Source: Acidimicrobiales bacterium (GTDB taxonomy: Bacteria; Actinomycetota; Acidimicrobiia; Acidimicrobiales; CAIXPF01). Taken from it: a stretch of 64,000 nt of DNA. Location of the stretch: positions 152-64,151 of the forward strand of contig JADLEF010000015.1 of NCBI GenBank assembly GCA_020846295.1, read 5' to 3'. Of this stretch, positions 8,199 to 17,592 are shown one piece after another. The notes beneath the pieces were generated by a model, which searched no databases, had not been told where the DNA came from, and saw only the letters and a program-made list of their open reading frames with translations. The stretch's first letter is position 1, and each line of letters starts with the position of its first letter. A program made the position numbers and the translations under genes.

Positions 8199-9398
8199 AT
8201 GGGGCCGGCGAAGGTCTACCTGGCTCGCCAGCCGATCTTCGATCGCGGCCAGCAGGTGTTCGGCTACGAGCTGCTGCACCGGGTGGGCGACGGTGAGACA
8301 TGGGACCCCGACGATGACGTCGTCACCCTCCAGGTGATCCGCAAAGCCGTCCTCGAGTTCGGGCTGAACGCGCTGGCGGGCCGGCACCGCCTGTTCCTCA
8401 ACGTCGGCCCCGCCACCCTGTCCCAGCAGGAGTACCGGGTGTTCCCCGCCGAGCGCACCGTGCTCGAGGTCCTGGAACGGGCCGACGTGACCGACGCACT
8501 GCTCGTCGACGTTGCCGCGGCGCGCACCGCCGGGTACCAGATCGCCCTTGACGACTACATCGGCGACCGGCGCTTCGACGCCCTGCTGCCGTTGGTCGAC
8601 ATCGTCAAGCTCGACGTGCTGGACCGATCCGACGACGAGGTCCGCGACACCATCGACCACCTGCGCAGCGTCGCTCCCGCCGCCCAGCTGCTGGCCGAGA
8701 AGGTGGAGTCCGAGGCGGTCTTCCGCAGCCTGCTCGCCCAGCCGATCGGGTTGTTCCAGGGCTACTTCTTCAAGAAGCCGATCACCTTCGAGACCACCTG
8801 CACGGTACCCGGCCACCAGGCCGCGCTGTTGCGCGTGGCAGCCGCATTGCAGGCCAGCGACGTGCGCTTCGACCACCTCGCCACGCTGATCTCCGCGGTG
8901 CCGGCGTTGACCTTCCAGCTGCTGCGGTTGGCCAACTCCGCCTCGCTCGGGGTGGCCCGCCAGCTCGCCACCCTGCACGAGGCGATGGTCACGCTCGGGC
9001 TCGGGCAGCTGCGCAAGATCGTGCACATCCTGCTCGCCACCTCCGGCACGTCCGGACCGCAGGTGATCGGCACCACCGGGCTGATCCGGGCCCGGATCTG
9101 CGCCCGGCTGGCGGCCCGGGACGGGGGCGACGAGGACGCCGCGTTCACCGTCGGGCTGTTCTCGCTGATGGACGTCGCGCTGCGGCGCCCGCTGGTCGAC
9201 ATCCTGGCCGAGGTGAAGCTGCGCTCCGATGTGGAGGAGGCGCTGCTCGACGGTGCCGGCATCCTCAGCCACTACCTCCGCGTGGCGCAGGCGGCCGAGG
9301 ACGTGGGCGCCACCGACCTGGGCCAGACCGACGCCGCCGCGCTGTTCCTCGAGGCCGTGGCGTGGGCCGAGACCCTCATCGCCGACCTCGCCCCGTAG
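8199..9398 (+). CDS. EAL-like + HDOD two-domain signalling protein (c-di-GMP related, YuxH-type)
   Basis: VYLARQPIFDRGQQVFGYELLHR matches the start of an EAL domain, with ELL in place of EAL. The C-terminal half is HDOD-like (LLRLANSASLG...). Start is taken at ATG 8199; GTG 8163 is also possible. The stop is TAG. Confidence 0.75.
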   Translation: MGPAKVYLARQPIFDRGQQVFGYELLHRVGDGETWDPDDDVVTLQVIRKAVLEFGLNALAGRHRLFLNVGPATLSQQEYRVFPAERTVLEVLERADVTDALLVDVAAARTAGYQIALDDYIGDRRFDALLPLVDIVKLDVLDRSDDEVRDTIDHLRSVAPAAQLLAEKVESEAVFRSLLAQPIGLFQGYFFKKPITFETTCTVPGHQAALLRVAAALQASDVRFDHLATLISAVPALTFQLLRLANSASLGVARQLATLHEAMVTLGLGQLRKIVHILLATSGTSGPQVIGTTGLIRARICARLAARDGGDEDAAFTVGLFSLMDVALRRPLVDILAEVKLRSDVEEALLDGAGILSHYLRVAQAAEDVGATDLGQTDAAALFLEAVAWAETLIADLAP

Positions 9399-9477
9399 CC
9401 GCCCGCCACGCCGCCTGCTTGTCGGGCCGGGGCCGCATGTTCAACACTTGGACCGAACCGGCCGGGGAGGTCACCCA

Positions 9478-10038
9478 ATGTCCGCATCAGCGCTGCGCCT
9501 CGAGGTCGCCCACAGCGTCCTGTACGTCCACGACGTCGATCGCATGGTCGGCTTCTACACCGATGTGCTCGGCTTCGAGGTCACCGATCGCGGGCCGATC
9601 GGGCCCAACGAGATCGTGTTCCTCTCCCAGACCGCGAACCACCACCACCAGGTCGCCTTCATCACCGGCCGACCAGCACCGGAGAAGTCGAACAACACCC
9701 ACCACACCGCCTACCGATCGGCCGGCACGCTGGACGACCTCAAGGCCCTGCTGGGGCGGCTGCAGGCCGACGAGGGCGTCAGCGGGATCATGCCGCTCAC
9801 CCACGGCAACGCCTGGTCCGTCTACTTCCAGGACCCCGAGCACAACGGCGTGGAGATCTTCATCGACACCCCGTGGCACGTGAAGCAGCCGCAGGGCAAG
9901 CCTCTCGATCTCACCAAGTCCAACGAGGAGATCATCGCCGCCACGCAGGAGGCGTTCGCCACCGAGCCCGAGTTCGGCGATCTGCGCCGCTTCTACGACG
10001 GGCGCGCCGAGCACCTCGCCGCCCGCGCCGCGGACTGA
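9478..10038 (+). CDS. VOC / glyoxalase-dioxygenase superfamily protein
   Basis: ATG at 9478 has GGGGAGG upstream. LEVAHSVLYVHDVDRMVGFYTDVLGFEV and HTAY...SVYFQDPEHNGVEIF are VOC-type motifs. Confidence 0.8.
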   Translation: MSASALRLEVAHSVLYVHDVDRMVGFYTDVLGFEVTDRGPIGPNEIVFLSQTANHHHQVAFITGRPAPEKSNNTHHTAYRSAGTLDDLKALLGRLQADEGVSGIMPLTHGNAWSVYFQDPEHNGVEIFIDTPWHVKQPQGKPLDLTKSNEEIIAATQEAFATEPEFGDLRRFYDGRAEHLAARAAD

Positions 10039-10128
10039 CCGGGTCGGCCGGCCCTGCCCGCGCCCATGCGGCGCGGTATGGCAGCGAAGCCGTGCCGCCC
10101 TGCGGTCCGGCGTACCATCTGCCGCTCT

Positions 10129-11349
10129 ATGGACAAGGCCGAGTTCTACCGGGAGGCACTGGCGGCGAGCACCGGACCGCTCGAGACGACCCGGGTGGTC
10201 GACTGCACGACGGCGTGGGCCGGGCCGATGGCCGGCTGCCTGCTGGCCGATCTCGGCGCCGATGTCATCCACATCGATCTCCCGGGCGGTCTGGCGCCCC
10301 AGGCCCCGCCGCTCATCGGTGGGACCGGGCTCAACTTCGTGAACCAGACGGTCAACCGCAACAAGCGCAGCCTCGCGCTCGACCTGCGCACCGCCGAGGG
10401 GCGCGACGTGTTCCTCGACCTGGTCGCCACCGCCGACGTGGTGCTGGAGAACTTCCGCCCGGGCACCCTCGCCGGCTGGGGCATCGGCTACGAGCACTGC
10501 CGGGCCCGCAAGGCGGACATCGTGTACGTGTCGATCAGCGGCTGGGGCCAGTACGGCCCGTGGGCCGAGCGCGCCGGGTACGACCCGGCGGCGCTGGCCG
10601 CCGGCGGCTGGATGTCCCTCAACGGCAGCCCGGACGGCCCTCCCGTGAAGGCGCCCACCTTCCTGGCCGACGACCTGGCCGGCCTGCACGGCGCGCTGTC
10701 GGCGCTGGCCGCCCTGCGTCATCGGGACCGCACCGGTGAGGGGCAGCTGGTGGACGTGTGCCTGCTCGATGCGCTGCTGTTCCACTGCGACGGGCTGCTC
10801 AGCCTCGGCGCGACCGACGTGCCGCTGCAGCGTTGGGGCGCCCAGGTGAATGTCACCCACCCCTGCGACGTGTACCGCTGCGCCGACGGCAGCCTGTACC
10901 TGGCCGTCGCCCTCGACGCGCACTGGCGCCGCCTCTGCGACGTGCTCGAACGGTCCGATCTGGCCCGGGCCCCCGGCTACGGGAGCAACGCCGAGCGGCT
11001 CGAGAACCGGGAGGCGGTCAACGCGGTGATCGCGGACTGGTGCGCGACGCGACCCGTGGCCGAGGCGCTGGACCGCTTCCTCGACGCCGGTCTGGTGGCG
11101 GCCAAACTCAACACGTTCGCCGAGGCGGCCCGCGAGCCACACGTGCTCGAGCGCGACATGCTCCAGCCGACGGCGCTGTCCGACGGGTCGGTGGCGCCGC
11201 TCACCGGCCCGGCGGCGAAGTTCTCCCGGACGCCGACCCGGGTCCGCCACGCCGCCCCCGATCCCGGTGCCGACACCGACGCGGTCCTCGCCGAGCTCGG
11301 CTACGCCGACGAGCAGCTCACCGCGCTTCGCGGCGCCAACATCATCTGA
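10129..11349 (+). CDS. Family III CoA-transferase (CaiB/BaiF)
   Basis: TRVVDCTTAWAGPMAGCLLADLGADVIHIDLPGG is the N-terminal signature. The length of 406 aa fits the family. Confidence 0.85.
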   Translation: MDKAEFYREALAASTGPLETTRVVDCTTAWAGPMAGCLLADLGADVIHIDLPGGLAPQAPPLIGGTGLNFVNQTVNRNKRSLALDLRTAEGRDVFLDLVATADVVLENFRPGTLAGWGIGYEHCRARKADIVYVSISGWGQYGPWAERAGYDPAALAAGGWMSLNGSPDGPPVKAPTFLADDLAGLHGALSALAALRHRDRTGEGQLVDVCLLDALLFHCDGLLSLGATDVPLQRWGAQVNVTHPCDVYRCADGSLYLAVALDAHWRRLCDVLERSDLARAPGYGSNAERLENREAVNAVIADWCATRPVAEALDRFLDAGLVAAKLNTFAEAAREPHVLERDMLQPTALSDGSVAPLTGPAAKFSRTPTRVRHAAPDPGADTDAVLAELGYADEQLTALRGANII

Positions 11350-11378
11350 GCCGCCGTCGGTCTGACTACGGTGGCCAC

Positions 11379-13241
11379 ATGGCCGCGGATGCGACGATGC
11401 CGGCGACGGTGGTGTGCCTGCACGCCCACCCCGACGACGAGGCGATGCTGACCGGTGAGTTCCTGGCCAAGGCGGCGGCGTGCGGACTGCGCACGGTCGT
11501 GGTCTACGGCACCCGGGGCGATGCCGGGGAGACGGAGGCGGACCTCGGTGGCGAGCCGCTGGGCGAGCGGCGTGGCCGCGAGGCGGAGGCGGCGTGCGCC
11601 GAGTTGGGCGTGACCGAGGTTGCGTGGCTGGGTTACGCCGATTCCGGCATGGCGGGCACCGCGTCCAACGCCGATCCCGCCGCGTTCTGCAACGCATCGC
11701 CCGACGCAGTGGCCGAATCAGTGGCGGAATCGGTGGCCGCCCTGCTCGACGGGACACGCCTGCTGGCCGTGGTCGGCTACGACGCCAACGGCACCTACGG
11801 TCACCCCGATCACCTGCAGGTGCACCGCAGCGCCCACGCCCTGGCCCGCCGCCTGGCGGTGCCGTGGCTGCTCGAGGCGACCTACAACCGCGACCACCTC
11901 GCCACGCTGCCCGACAGCGACGGGCGCATCGACCCGTCGTTCGCGTCGGCGGAGGCCGAGCTGACCCACTTCGTGCAGGGCGAACCGTGGTTCCGGGCGA
12001 AGATGGAGGCGATCAAGTGCCACGACTCGCAGGCGCCGCGCACCGCACGCCGGGGTCCACGGCGTGGCATCGACGGATGGCGGACCCGCTTCGGCACGGA
12101 GTGGTTCATCGCCCGCCCCCGCCATGATGGCGCCGAGCTCGGTCCGTTGGCCGCGGTGCTCGAAGCGGCCTCGGCTTGGCCCGGGCCGCTGCCGCGCCCC
12201 TCGGCCGTGGGCGAGGTGGGCGCGGAGGGCGCCTGGCCCGGCACCGACCGGTGCCCGCCTATCATCCCGCGTCACGAGCCACCGCAGGGACGGGGCCGCG
12301 AACACGAGGAGACCGGGCGTGGTCGAGGACAGCAGCAGGTTCTGGCGGCAGTCGCGGGTGGAGCTGCGCGCCGCCGGGTTCGACCCCGATCGCGCCGCGC
12401 GGTCCACGGCGGTGGTCACCGTGGCCAATGCGCACACCAACGCCCATCGCTGCAACAACCGGGTGGCCTCGATCAGCGACCTGCTCGTCGAGCTCATCGC
12501 CGAGCGCGGCGGGCAGGGCCTGGTCGTCGGCGCCCCCGCCGTGTCCGACGCGCTCACCCAGGGCACCCCGACGGCCGGCTACAGCCTGGTCTCGCGCGAC
12601 GTGGTGGCGGACTGCTTCGAGATCGGCCACTACGCCCACCACGGCGACGCCATGATCGTGATCTCCGGCTGCGACAAGACCGGCGCCGCCGCGCTCATGC
12701 CGCTGGCCCGGACCAACGCCTTCGGGCTGGTGCTCTACCCCGGCACCAGCTCCCCCGGCCGGGTCTCGTTCGAACCGTGGGCATCCAAGGGCAACAACCT
12801 GACGATCCTCGACTACGCCGAGGGCCGCGCCGCGCACGAGGCCGGCCGCATCACGACCGAGCAGCTCGCCGAGCTCGAGGCCTGCGTGATGCCGGGCAGC
12901 GGCACCTGCGGCGCCATGTTCACCGCCAACACGATGAGCACACTGGCCGAGTCGATCGGCATGATGCTGCCCCGCGGCGCGTCGCACCCGGCGGACCACG
13001 ACGCCCGCAGCGCACTGCACGGCGACGTGACGGCGCAGGCCGAGGCCAGCGTCGACGCCCTGTTCCGGCTGATCGAAGCGGGCATCCGCCCGCTCGACAT
13101 CATGACCGAGCAGGCCTTCGAGAACGCCATCACCACGCTCTACGCCATGGGCGGCTCCACGAACCTGTACCTGCACGTGCTCGCCGTGGCCCGCGACGCC
13201 CAGGTGCCGATCACCATCGAACGGATCCAGGCCGTCGGTGA
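11379..13241 (+). CDS. PIG-L/LmbE-family deacetylase ORF with an anomalous 3' end. The recognisable domain ends near 12150, but there is no in-frame stop until 13241.
   Basis: VVCLHAHPDDEAMLTG, the AELGV stretch and YDANGTYGHPDHLQVH are PIG-L zinc-site motifs. After ...EWFIARPRHDGAELGPLAAVLEAAS the translation becomes Arg/Pro/Gly-rich and overlaps the next gene in another frame. Confidence 0.6.
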   Translation: MAADATMPATVVCLHAHPDDEAMLTGEFLAKAAACGLRTVVVYGTRGDAGETEADLGGEPLGERRGREAEAACAELGVTEVAWLGYADSGMAGTASNADPAAFCNASPDAVAESVAESVAALLDGTRLLAVVGYDANGTYGHPDHLQVHRSAHALARRLAVPWLLEATYNRDHLATLPDSDGRIDPSFASAEAELTHFVQGEPWFRAKMEAIKCHDSQAPRTARRGPRRGIDGWRTRFGTEWFIARPRHDGAELGPLAAVLEAASAWPGPLPRPSAVGEVGAEGAWPGTDRCPPIIPRHEPPQGRGREHEETGRGRGQQQVLAAVAGGAARRRVRPRSRRAVHGGGHRGQCAHQRPSLQQPGGLDQRPARRAHRRARRAGPGRRRPRRVRRAHPGHPDGRLQPGLARRGGGLLRDRPLRPPRRRHDRDLRLRQDRRRRAHAAGPDQRLRAGALPRHQLPRPGLVRTVGIQGQQPDDPRLRRGPRRARGRPHHDRAARRARGLRDAGQRHLRRHVHRQHDEHTGRVDRHDAAPRRVAPGGPRRPQRTARRRDGAGRGQRRRPVPADRSGHPPARHHDRAGLRERHHHALRHGRLHEPVPARARRGPRRPGADHHRTDPGRR

Positions 13242-14037
13242 GCGGGTACCGCTCATCGCCAACCTCCAACCGCACGGCCCCTACGCCATGGCCGCGCTGC
13301 ACCAGGTGGGCGGCGTGCCGGTGGTGATGAAGGAGCTGCTGCGCAACGGGTTGCTCCACGGCGACGTCCTCACCGTCACCGGCAGGACCCTGGCCGAGAA
13401 CCTCGCCGACGTGCCCACCCTGGAGGAGCTCGGCGAGCAGACGGTCGTGTTTCCGGTGGGCAAGCCGATCGCACCGGCGAACAACCACATCAGCGTGCTC
13501 AGGGGCAACATCGCACCCGAGAGCTGCGTGCTCAAGCTGTCGGGCAAGACCCTGGAGCACGGACAGTTCCGTGGCACCGCCCGGGTGTTCGACTCCGAAG
13601 CGGCGACGATGGCCGCCATCCGGGCCGGCGAGATCGTGCCGGGCACCGTGGTGGTGGTGCGCAACGTCGGGCCGGTCGGCGCGCCCGGCATGCCGGAGAT
13701 GGTGATGCTCACCATCCAGCTCCAGGGCCGCGGCCTGGGCGCCGACGTGGCGCTCATCACCGACGGCCGCTTCTCCGGCGTGTCCCACGGGATCCTCATC
13801 GGCCACATCTCCCCCGAGGCGGCCCGCGGCGGGCCGCTCGCCGCGGTGCGCGACGGCGATCGCATCGTCATCGATCCCGCCGCCCGCACCCTCGACGTCG
13901 AGCTGTCCGACGAGGAGATCACCCGCCGCATGGCCGGCTGGACCGCCCCCGACCTGTCCGACCGGGTGCGGCCGGGCTCGGTGCGGGACAAGTACGTGCG
14001 GCTGGTCTCCTCCGCCCACTACGGCTGCGTGCTGTAG
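12319..14037 (+). CDS. IlvD/Edd-family dehydratase (dihydroxy-acid or sugar-acid dehydratase)
   Basis: GTG at 12319 follows [36 protein letters not shown] and [12 protein letters not shown] are family motifs. The product is 572 aa. Confidence 0.85.
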   Translation: MVEDSSRFWRQSRVELRAAGFDPDRAARSTAVVTVANAHTNAHRCNNRVASISDLLVELIAERGGQGLVVGAPAVSDALTQGTPTAGYSLVSRDVVADCFEIGHYAHHGDAMIVISGCDKTGAAALMPLARTNAFGLVLYPGTSSPGRVSFEPWASKGNNLTILDYAEGRAAHEAGRITTEQLAELEACVMPGSGTCGAMFTANTMSTLAESIGMMLPRGASHPADHDARSALHGDVTAQAEASVDALFRLIEAGIRPLDIMTEQAFENAITTLYAMGGSTNLYLHVLAVARDAQVPITIERIQAVGERVPLIANLQPHGPYAMAALHQVGGVPVVMKELLRNGLLHGDVLTVTGRTLAENLADVPTLEELGEQTVVFPVGKPIAPANNHISVLRGNIAPESCVLKLSGKTLEHGQFRGTARVFDSEAATMAAIRAGEIVPGTVVVVRNVGPVGAPGMPEMVMLTIQLQGRGLGADVALITDGRFSGVSHGILIGHISPEAARGGPLAAVRDGDRIVIDPAARTLDVELSDEEITRRMAGWTAPDLSDRVRPGSVRDKYVRLVSSAHYGCVL

Positions 14038-14054
14038 CGGGCCAGACTGGGCCC

Positions 14055-15200
14055 ATGACCTCGAGCGGGGATCGCGACGACGAGGTGACCCGCCTGATCG
14101 AGCGGGTCACCGGCCTGCTCGGCGCCCGCCGAGCGAACCGCCGGGACCTGCACACCGCGCTCGACGCGCTGGCCGACCTCGACGGGCTCGACGGGCCGGG
14201 GGTGCACCGGGTCGAGCGCGCGGTGAGCCGGGAGCTCGACGAGGCACTGCGCTCGCTGCGCGGGCGCGGGTGGGAGCCGGCCGAGGTGATCCATGTCGCG
14301 CAGCTCGAGGGCGAGGCCCGGGTGCGTCGGTTGGCGAGCGCGATGGTGCAGGCCGGTGACGACCGTGAGGCGGCGCTGATCGCCTGGCGCGGTGGAGAGC
14401 GGCTCGAGGTGGGCGACGCGGTCGAACTGGCGCTGCACTTGGCCCTGGCGTGGCGGCGCCTGCCCGCGCTCGAACCGCTCGAACCGCTCGGCGCGCCGGT
14501 CGCCGGGGAGGCGACCGCGACGCCGAAGCTGTTGGGCACCATCCGGGGCTTGCTGGCCAAGGCCGAGTCCACGCCGTACCCCGCCGAGGCCGATGCGTTC
14601 ACGGTCAAGGCGCAGGAGCTCATGAGCCGCCACGCGATCGACGCTGCGCTGCTCGAGCGGCACACCGGCCGGGTCGCCACCGGTGAGGTGCGCGTCCGGC
14701 GGCTGTGCATCGACGCGCCCTACGGTGACGAGAAGGCGGATCTGCTCGCCACCGTCGCGTGGCTCAACGAGGTGCGCGTGGCCTGGCAGGGCGAGGTCGG
14801 GCTGGCCACCATCGTGGGGTTTCCCGACGATCTCGATGCGGTCGAGCTGCTGTTCACCTCGCTGCTGGTGCAGGCCACCAGGGCCCTCAACAGCGAGGAG
14901 AACGCCACCCCGCAGCGCCGGGCCCCGTCGTTCCGGCGGGCGTTCCTGCTGGCCTACGCCGATCGGATCGGTCGCCGCCTCGCCGTGACCCGCGACGAGG
15001 CCCGCGCCGCGGCGACCGCAGCGCACGGTGCTGCGTTGGTACCGCTCGAGGATCGGCGTCGGGAGGCGGTGCGGGTCGCCATGGATGCCCTGTTCCCCGG
15101 CTCCGAACCGACCCGGGCCCGCCTCGTCGACGCGTCCGGCTGGGCGGCCGGCCGCGGCGCAGCCGACGCGGCCCGGCTCGGCGCCCACCGCCACCGCTGA
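14055..15200 (+). CDS. DUF2786-domain protein
   Basis: IRGLLAKAESTPYPAEADAFTVKAQELM is the DUF2786 signature. Confidence 0.75.
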   Translation: MTSSGDRDDEVTRLIERVTGLLGARRANRRDLHTALDALADLDGLDGPGVHRVERAVSRELDEALRSLRGRGWEPAEVIHVAQLEGEARVRRLASAMVQAGDDREAALIAWRGGERLEVGDAVELALHLALAWRRLPALEPLEPLGAPVAGEATATPKLLGTIRGLLAKAESTPYPAEADAFTVKAQELMSRHAIDAALLERHTGRVATGEVRVRRLCIDAPYGDEKADLLATVAWLNEVRVAWQGEVGLATIVGFPDDLDAVELLFTSLLVQATRALNSEENATPQRRAPSFRRAFLLAYADRIGRRLAVTRDEARAAATAAHGAALVPLEDRRREAVRVAMDALFPGSEPTRARLVDASGWAAGRGAADAARLGAHRHR

Positions 15201-15234
15201 GCCGGGCGGCGATGATGCCACCGCGGTGCCTGCC

Positions 15235-15590
15235 TCAGCGGCAGCCGCCCGAAGCCTGGTCCCACGAGCACGGCTGGGAGCGGCCGGACAGTTCGATCAC
15301 CGCACCCGCCGCCACCCACGCCTGTTTCGCCGCGTCGTAGCGCGAGATGTCGGTCCCCTCCACGAAGTACGGATCGGCGTTGCCGTTCTGGTTGAACTTG
15401 ATGCCCGGCAGCAGCATCGGGTTCGACATGTCCATCGCCCGCACCGCCACCATGAGGTTCGCCCGGGTCAGACCACCCTCGAGCTGTGACGCGATCTTCA
15501 GTGCCTGGTCCGTGGCCCACGCGTGGAAGTAGCCGAGCCCGAACGGACCGGAGGACTTGTAGTCCAAGCCGTCGGGGCAGCCCGCCCCAA
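15235..15590 (-). pseudogene. C-terminal fragment (about 112 aa) of a LivJ-type ABC solute-binding protein, paralogous to the gene at 39801-41360
   Basis: GLGYFHAWATDQALKIASQLEGGLTRANLMVAVRAMDMSNPMLLPGIKFNQNGNADPYFVEGTDIS...CSWDQASGGCR aligns colinearly with the last 110 aa of the 519-aa SBP. No N-terminal 400 aa, signal peptide or credible start is present. Confidence 0.65.
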
Positions 15591-15646
15591 CTACGGTTGG
15601 GGCACGAGTTCGCAGGTGCCGTCGCACCGAACAGGAGAGGATGCCC

Positions 15647-16825
15647 ATGCCGTACGTCGAGGGTCGGATCGTGCACGACGCGGATGCCCACGTGATGGAG
15701 ACGCCCGAGTGGCTCGACGAGTTCGCGTCGCCTCGCATCACGTCGTATCTGCGCCGGAACTTCGATCTGGGTGACGTGGACGCGGCGTTCGCCGAGATCG
15801 AGCGCAGCCGGCGCCTGCACGCCGACCCGGAGTACGCCGCCGCGGCGGCCAACGAGGTCATGCTCCGAAAGAACTGGCGGGCGACCGGCTCGTTCCTGGC
15901 CGCCGACCGCAGCCTGGCGCTGGACCACATGGGCTTCGCCAGCCAGCTGATGTTCCCCACCGTGTTGAACGTGCTGCTCGAGAACCTCGAGCACAGCGGC
16001 GACGACCAACTGATCTACGAGACCGCGTCGGCCGGCAACCGGTCGCTCGCCTCGTTCTGCGCCGGCGATCCGCGCCTGCTGGCGGTGGGGTACGTGCCGC
16101 TGGCCAGCCTCGAGCGCGCCGCCGACGCCGCCAGGGAGGCGATCGAGATCGGCTGCAAGGCGCTGCTCATCCCCAACCGCTGTCCGAAGGACCACGCCCC
16201 CAGCCACGTCGCGTTCGACGCGGTGTGGGCCCAGGCCGAGGCGGCGGGGCTCCCGGTGTTGATGCACGTCGCCACGCCCGAGCTGGTCATGCCACCGCAG
16301 CACCGGAACAACGGCCTGCCGCCCGAGCCGGACTTCCACGGCGGCGGGGAGAACTTCCGCTCGGTGAGCTACATGGCCATCCCCTCGGCGCCGATGCAGA
16401 CGCTGTCGATGCTGATCTTCGACGGGGTGTTGGAGCGCTTCCCGCTGCTGCGCATCGGCGTGATCGAGCTCGGGGCGGTGTGGGTGCCGTCCTTCATGCG
16501 CCAGCTCGACGCCGCCATGGAGGCGTTCCGCCGCCACGAGGCGCGCCTGCAGAAGCTGAGCGAGCGGCCCTCGGACTACGTGCGTCGCCAGGTGCGGGTC
16601 ACGCCGTACCCGACCGAGCCGACCCGGTGGATCATCGACAACGCCGGCCCGGACATCTGCCTGTTCTCCTCCGACTACCCGCACGTCGAGGGCGGCCGCA
16701 ACCCGATGCGGCGCTTCGACGCCGAGGTGGCCGCGCTGCCCGACGAGGTCCAGGACCGCTTCTTCCGACGCAACTTCGAGGATCTCATGGGGGCAGGGCT
16801 GCGGGACCTCGCTGTCCCGGGCTGA
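15647..16825 (+). CDS. Amidohydrolase_2 (ACMSD-like metal-dependent hydrolase/decarboxylase) family
   Basis: AGGAGAGG directly abuts ATG 15641, so ATG 15647 is the better-spaced start. VHDADAHVME and SSDYPHVEGG are family motifs. Confidence 0.8.
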   Translation: MPYVEGRIVHDADAHVMETPEWLDEFASPRITSYLRRNFDLGDVDAAFAEIERSRRLHADPEYAAAAANEVMLRKNWRATGSFLAADRSLALDHMGFASQLMFPTVLNVLLENLEHSGDDQLIYETASAGNRSLASFCAGDPRLLAVGYVPLASLERAADAAREAIEIGCKALLIPNRCPKDHAPSHVAFDAVWAQAEAAGLPVLMHVATPELVMPPQHRNNGLPPEPDFHGGGENFRSVSYMAIPSAPMQTLSMLIFDGVLERFPLLRIGVIELGAVWVPSFMRQLDAAMEAFRRHEARLQKLSERPSDYVRRQVRVTPYPTEPTRWIIDNAGPDICLFSSDYPHVEGGRNPMRRFDAEVAALPDEVQDRFFRRNFEDLMGAGLRDLAVPG

Positions 16826-16836
16826 GCCCGGGACAG
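16812..16836. terminator. Hairpin between convergent genes with an 11-bp perfect stem. The amidohydrolase TGA stop forms the 3-nt loop.
   Basis: CTGTCCCGGGC-tga-GCCCGGGACAG. There is no U-tract. Confidence 0.5.
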
Positions 16837-16840
16837 CCGG

Positions 16841-17311
16841 TCAACGGGGCGGGACGGCCACCAACACGTTGCGCCGGCTGTGGTGCACGGTGCTCGAGGC
16901 GGCCGAGCCGAGGATGGCGTCGCGCACGGTGCCGCGGCTTCGGTGGCCGAGCACGACGAGGTCGGCATCGACCTCGTCGGCCACTGCCAGCAGCTCCTGG
17001 GCGACGTGGCCCTGGCGCACGACGACCTTCCAGTCCCCCGGGTACGCCGCCAACCGATCGGCGGCGACCCGGGCGACCTCCGCATCGAGCGCGTCCTCGG
17101 CCTGCTCGTACTCGACGGCCCCGGCGGAGCCGAAGGCGAGGCCCATCGGGCGGGGACGGACGTGGGTGATGGTGAGCGTCGCCCCGCTGCCGGCACCCAG
17201 CGTGGCGGCGAGGTCGAGCGCATACAGGGATTCGGGCGAATCGTCCACGCCGATGACCACGCTCGCCACACGGACGGGATACCTATCAGTATGGGATTGG
17301 ACCTGGCTCAT
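16841..17311 (-). CDS. Universal stress protein (UspA family)
   Basis: ATG at 17311 has AGGAG upstream. VVIGVDDSPES...ADLVVLGHRSRG...LGSAASSTVHHSRRNVLVV are Usp motifs. Confidence 0.8.
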   Translation of the reverse strand: MSQVQSHTDRYPVRVASVVIGVDDSPESLYALDLAATLGAGSGATLTITHVRPRPMGLAFGSAGAVEYEQAEDALDAEVARVAADRLAAYPGDWKVVVRQGHVAQELLAVADEVDADLVVLGHRSRGTVRDAILGSAASSTVHHSRRNVLVAVPPR

Positions 17312-17592
17312 GATGTGCTCCTGGCTGAACGGGGGGACCGACCCGCCGGCGCAACGCCGTGCGGACCGTTGAAGGGCCGCGTGCATACCGATGGGTACGA
17401 CCAGAGGAAGCGATCGACGCTGTGGCGGGCCACCGCGCCGACCGTCATCGCGTCCGGGCCGGACTCGCCGCCGGTACCGGCGGTATCGGAGCTGGGCATT
17501 GCAGCCATCACAATAGGACGATACCGTATCGTAGCGTTCTTCGCCATGGACGCCGTCCCGTCCGTCCCGCGGAACGGTCTCGAAGGAGCTCA

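Noticed and set aside
9487-11757. 756-aa - strand ORF, plus the 827-aa + strand ORF from 10758, covering the VOC, CoA-transferase and PIG-L genes
   Set aside because: The - strand ORF is Arg/Pro-rich antisense sequence. The part of the + strand ORF upstream of 11379 is an out-of-frame read across the CoA-transferase. Only the segment from ATG 11379 carries PIG-L motifs.
14019-15221. 400-aa - strand ORF antisense to the DUF2786 gene
   Set aside because: It has no motifs and an Arg/Gly/Pro-rich composition. The + strand gene has the DUF2786 signature and sensible neighbours.
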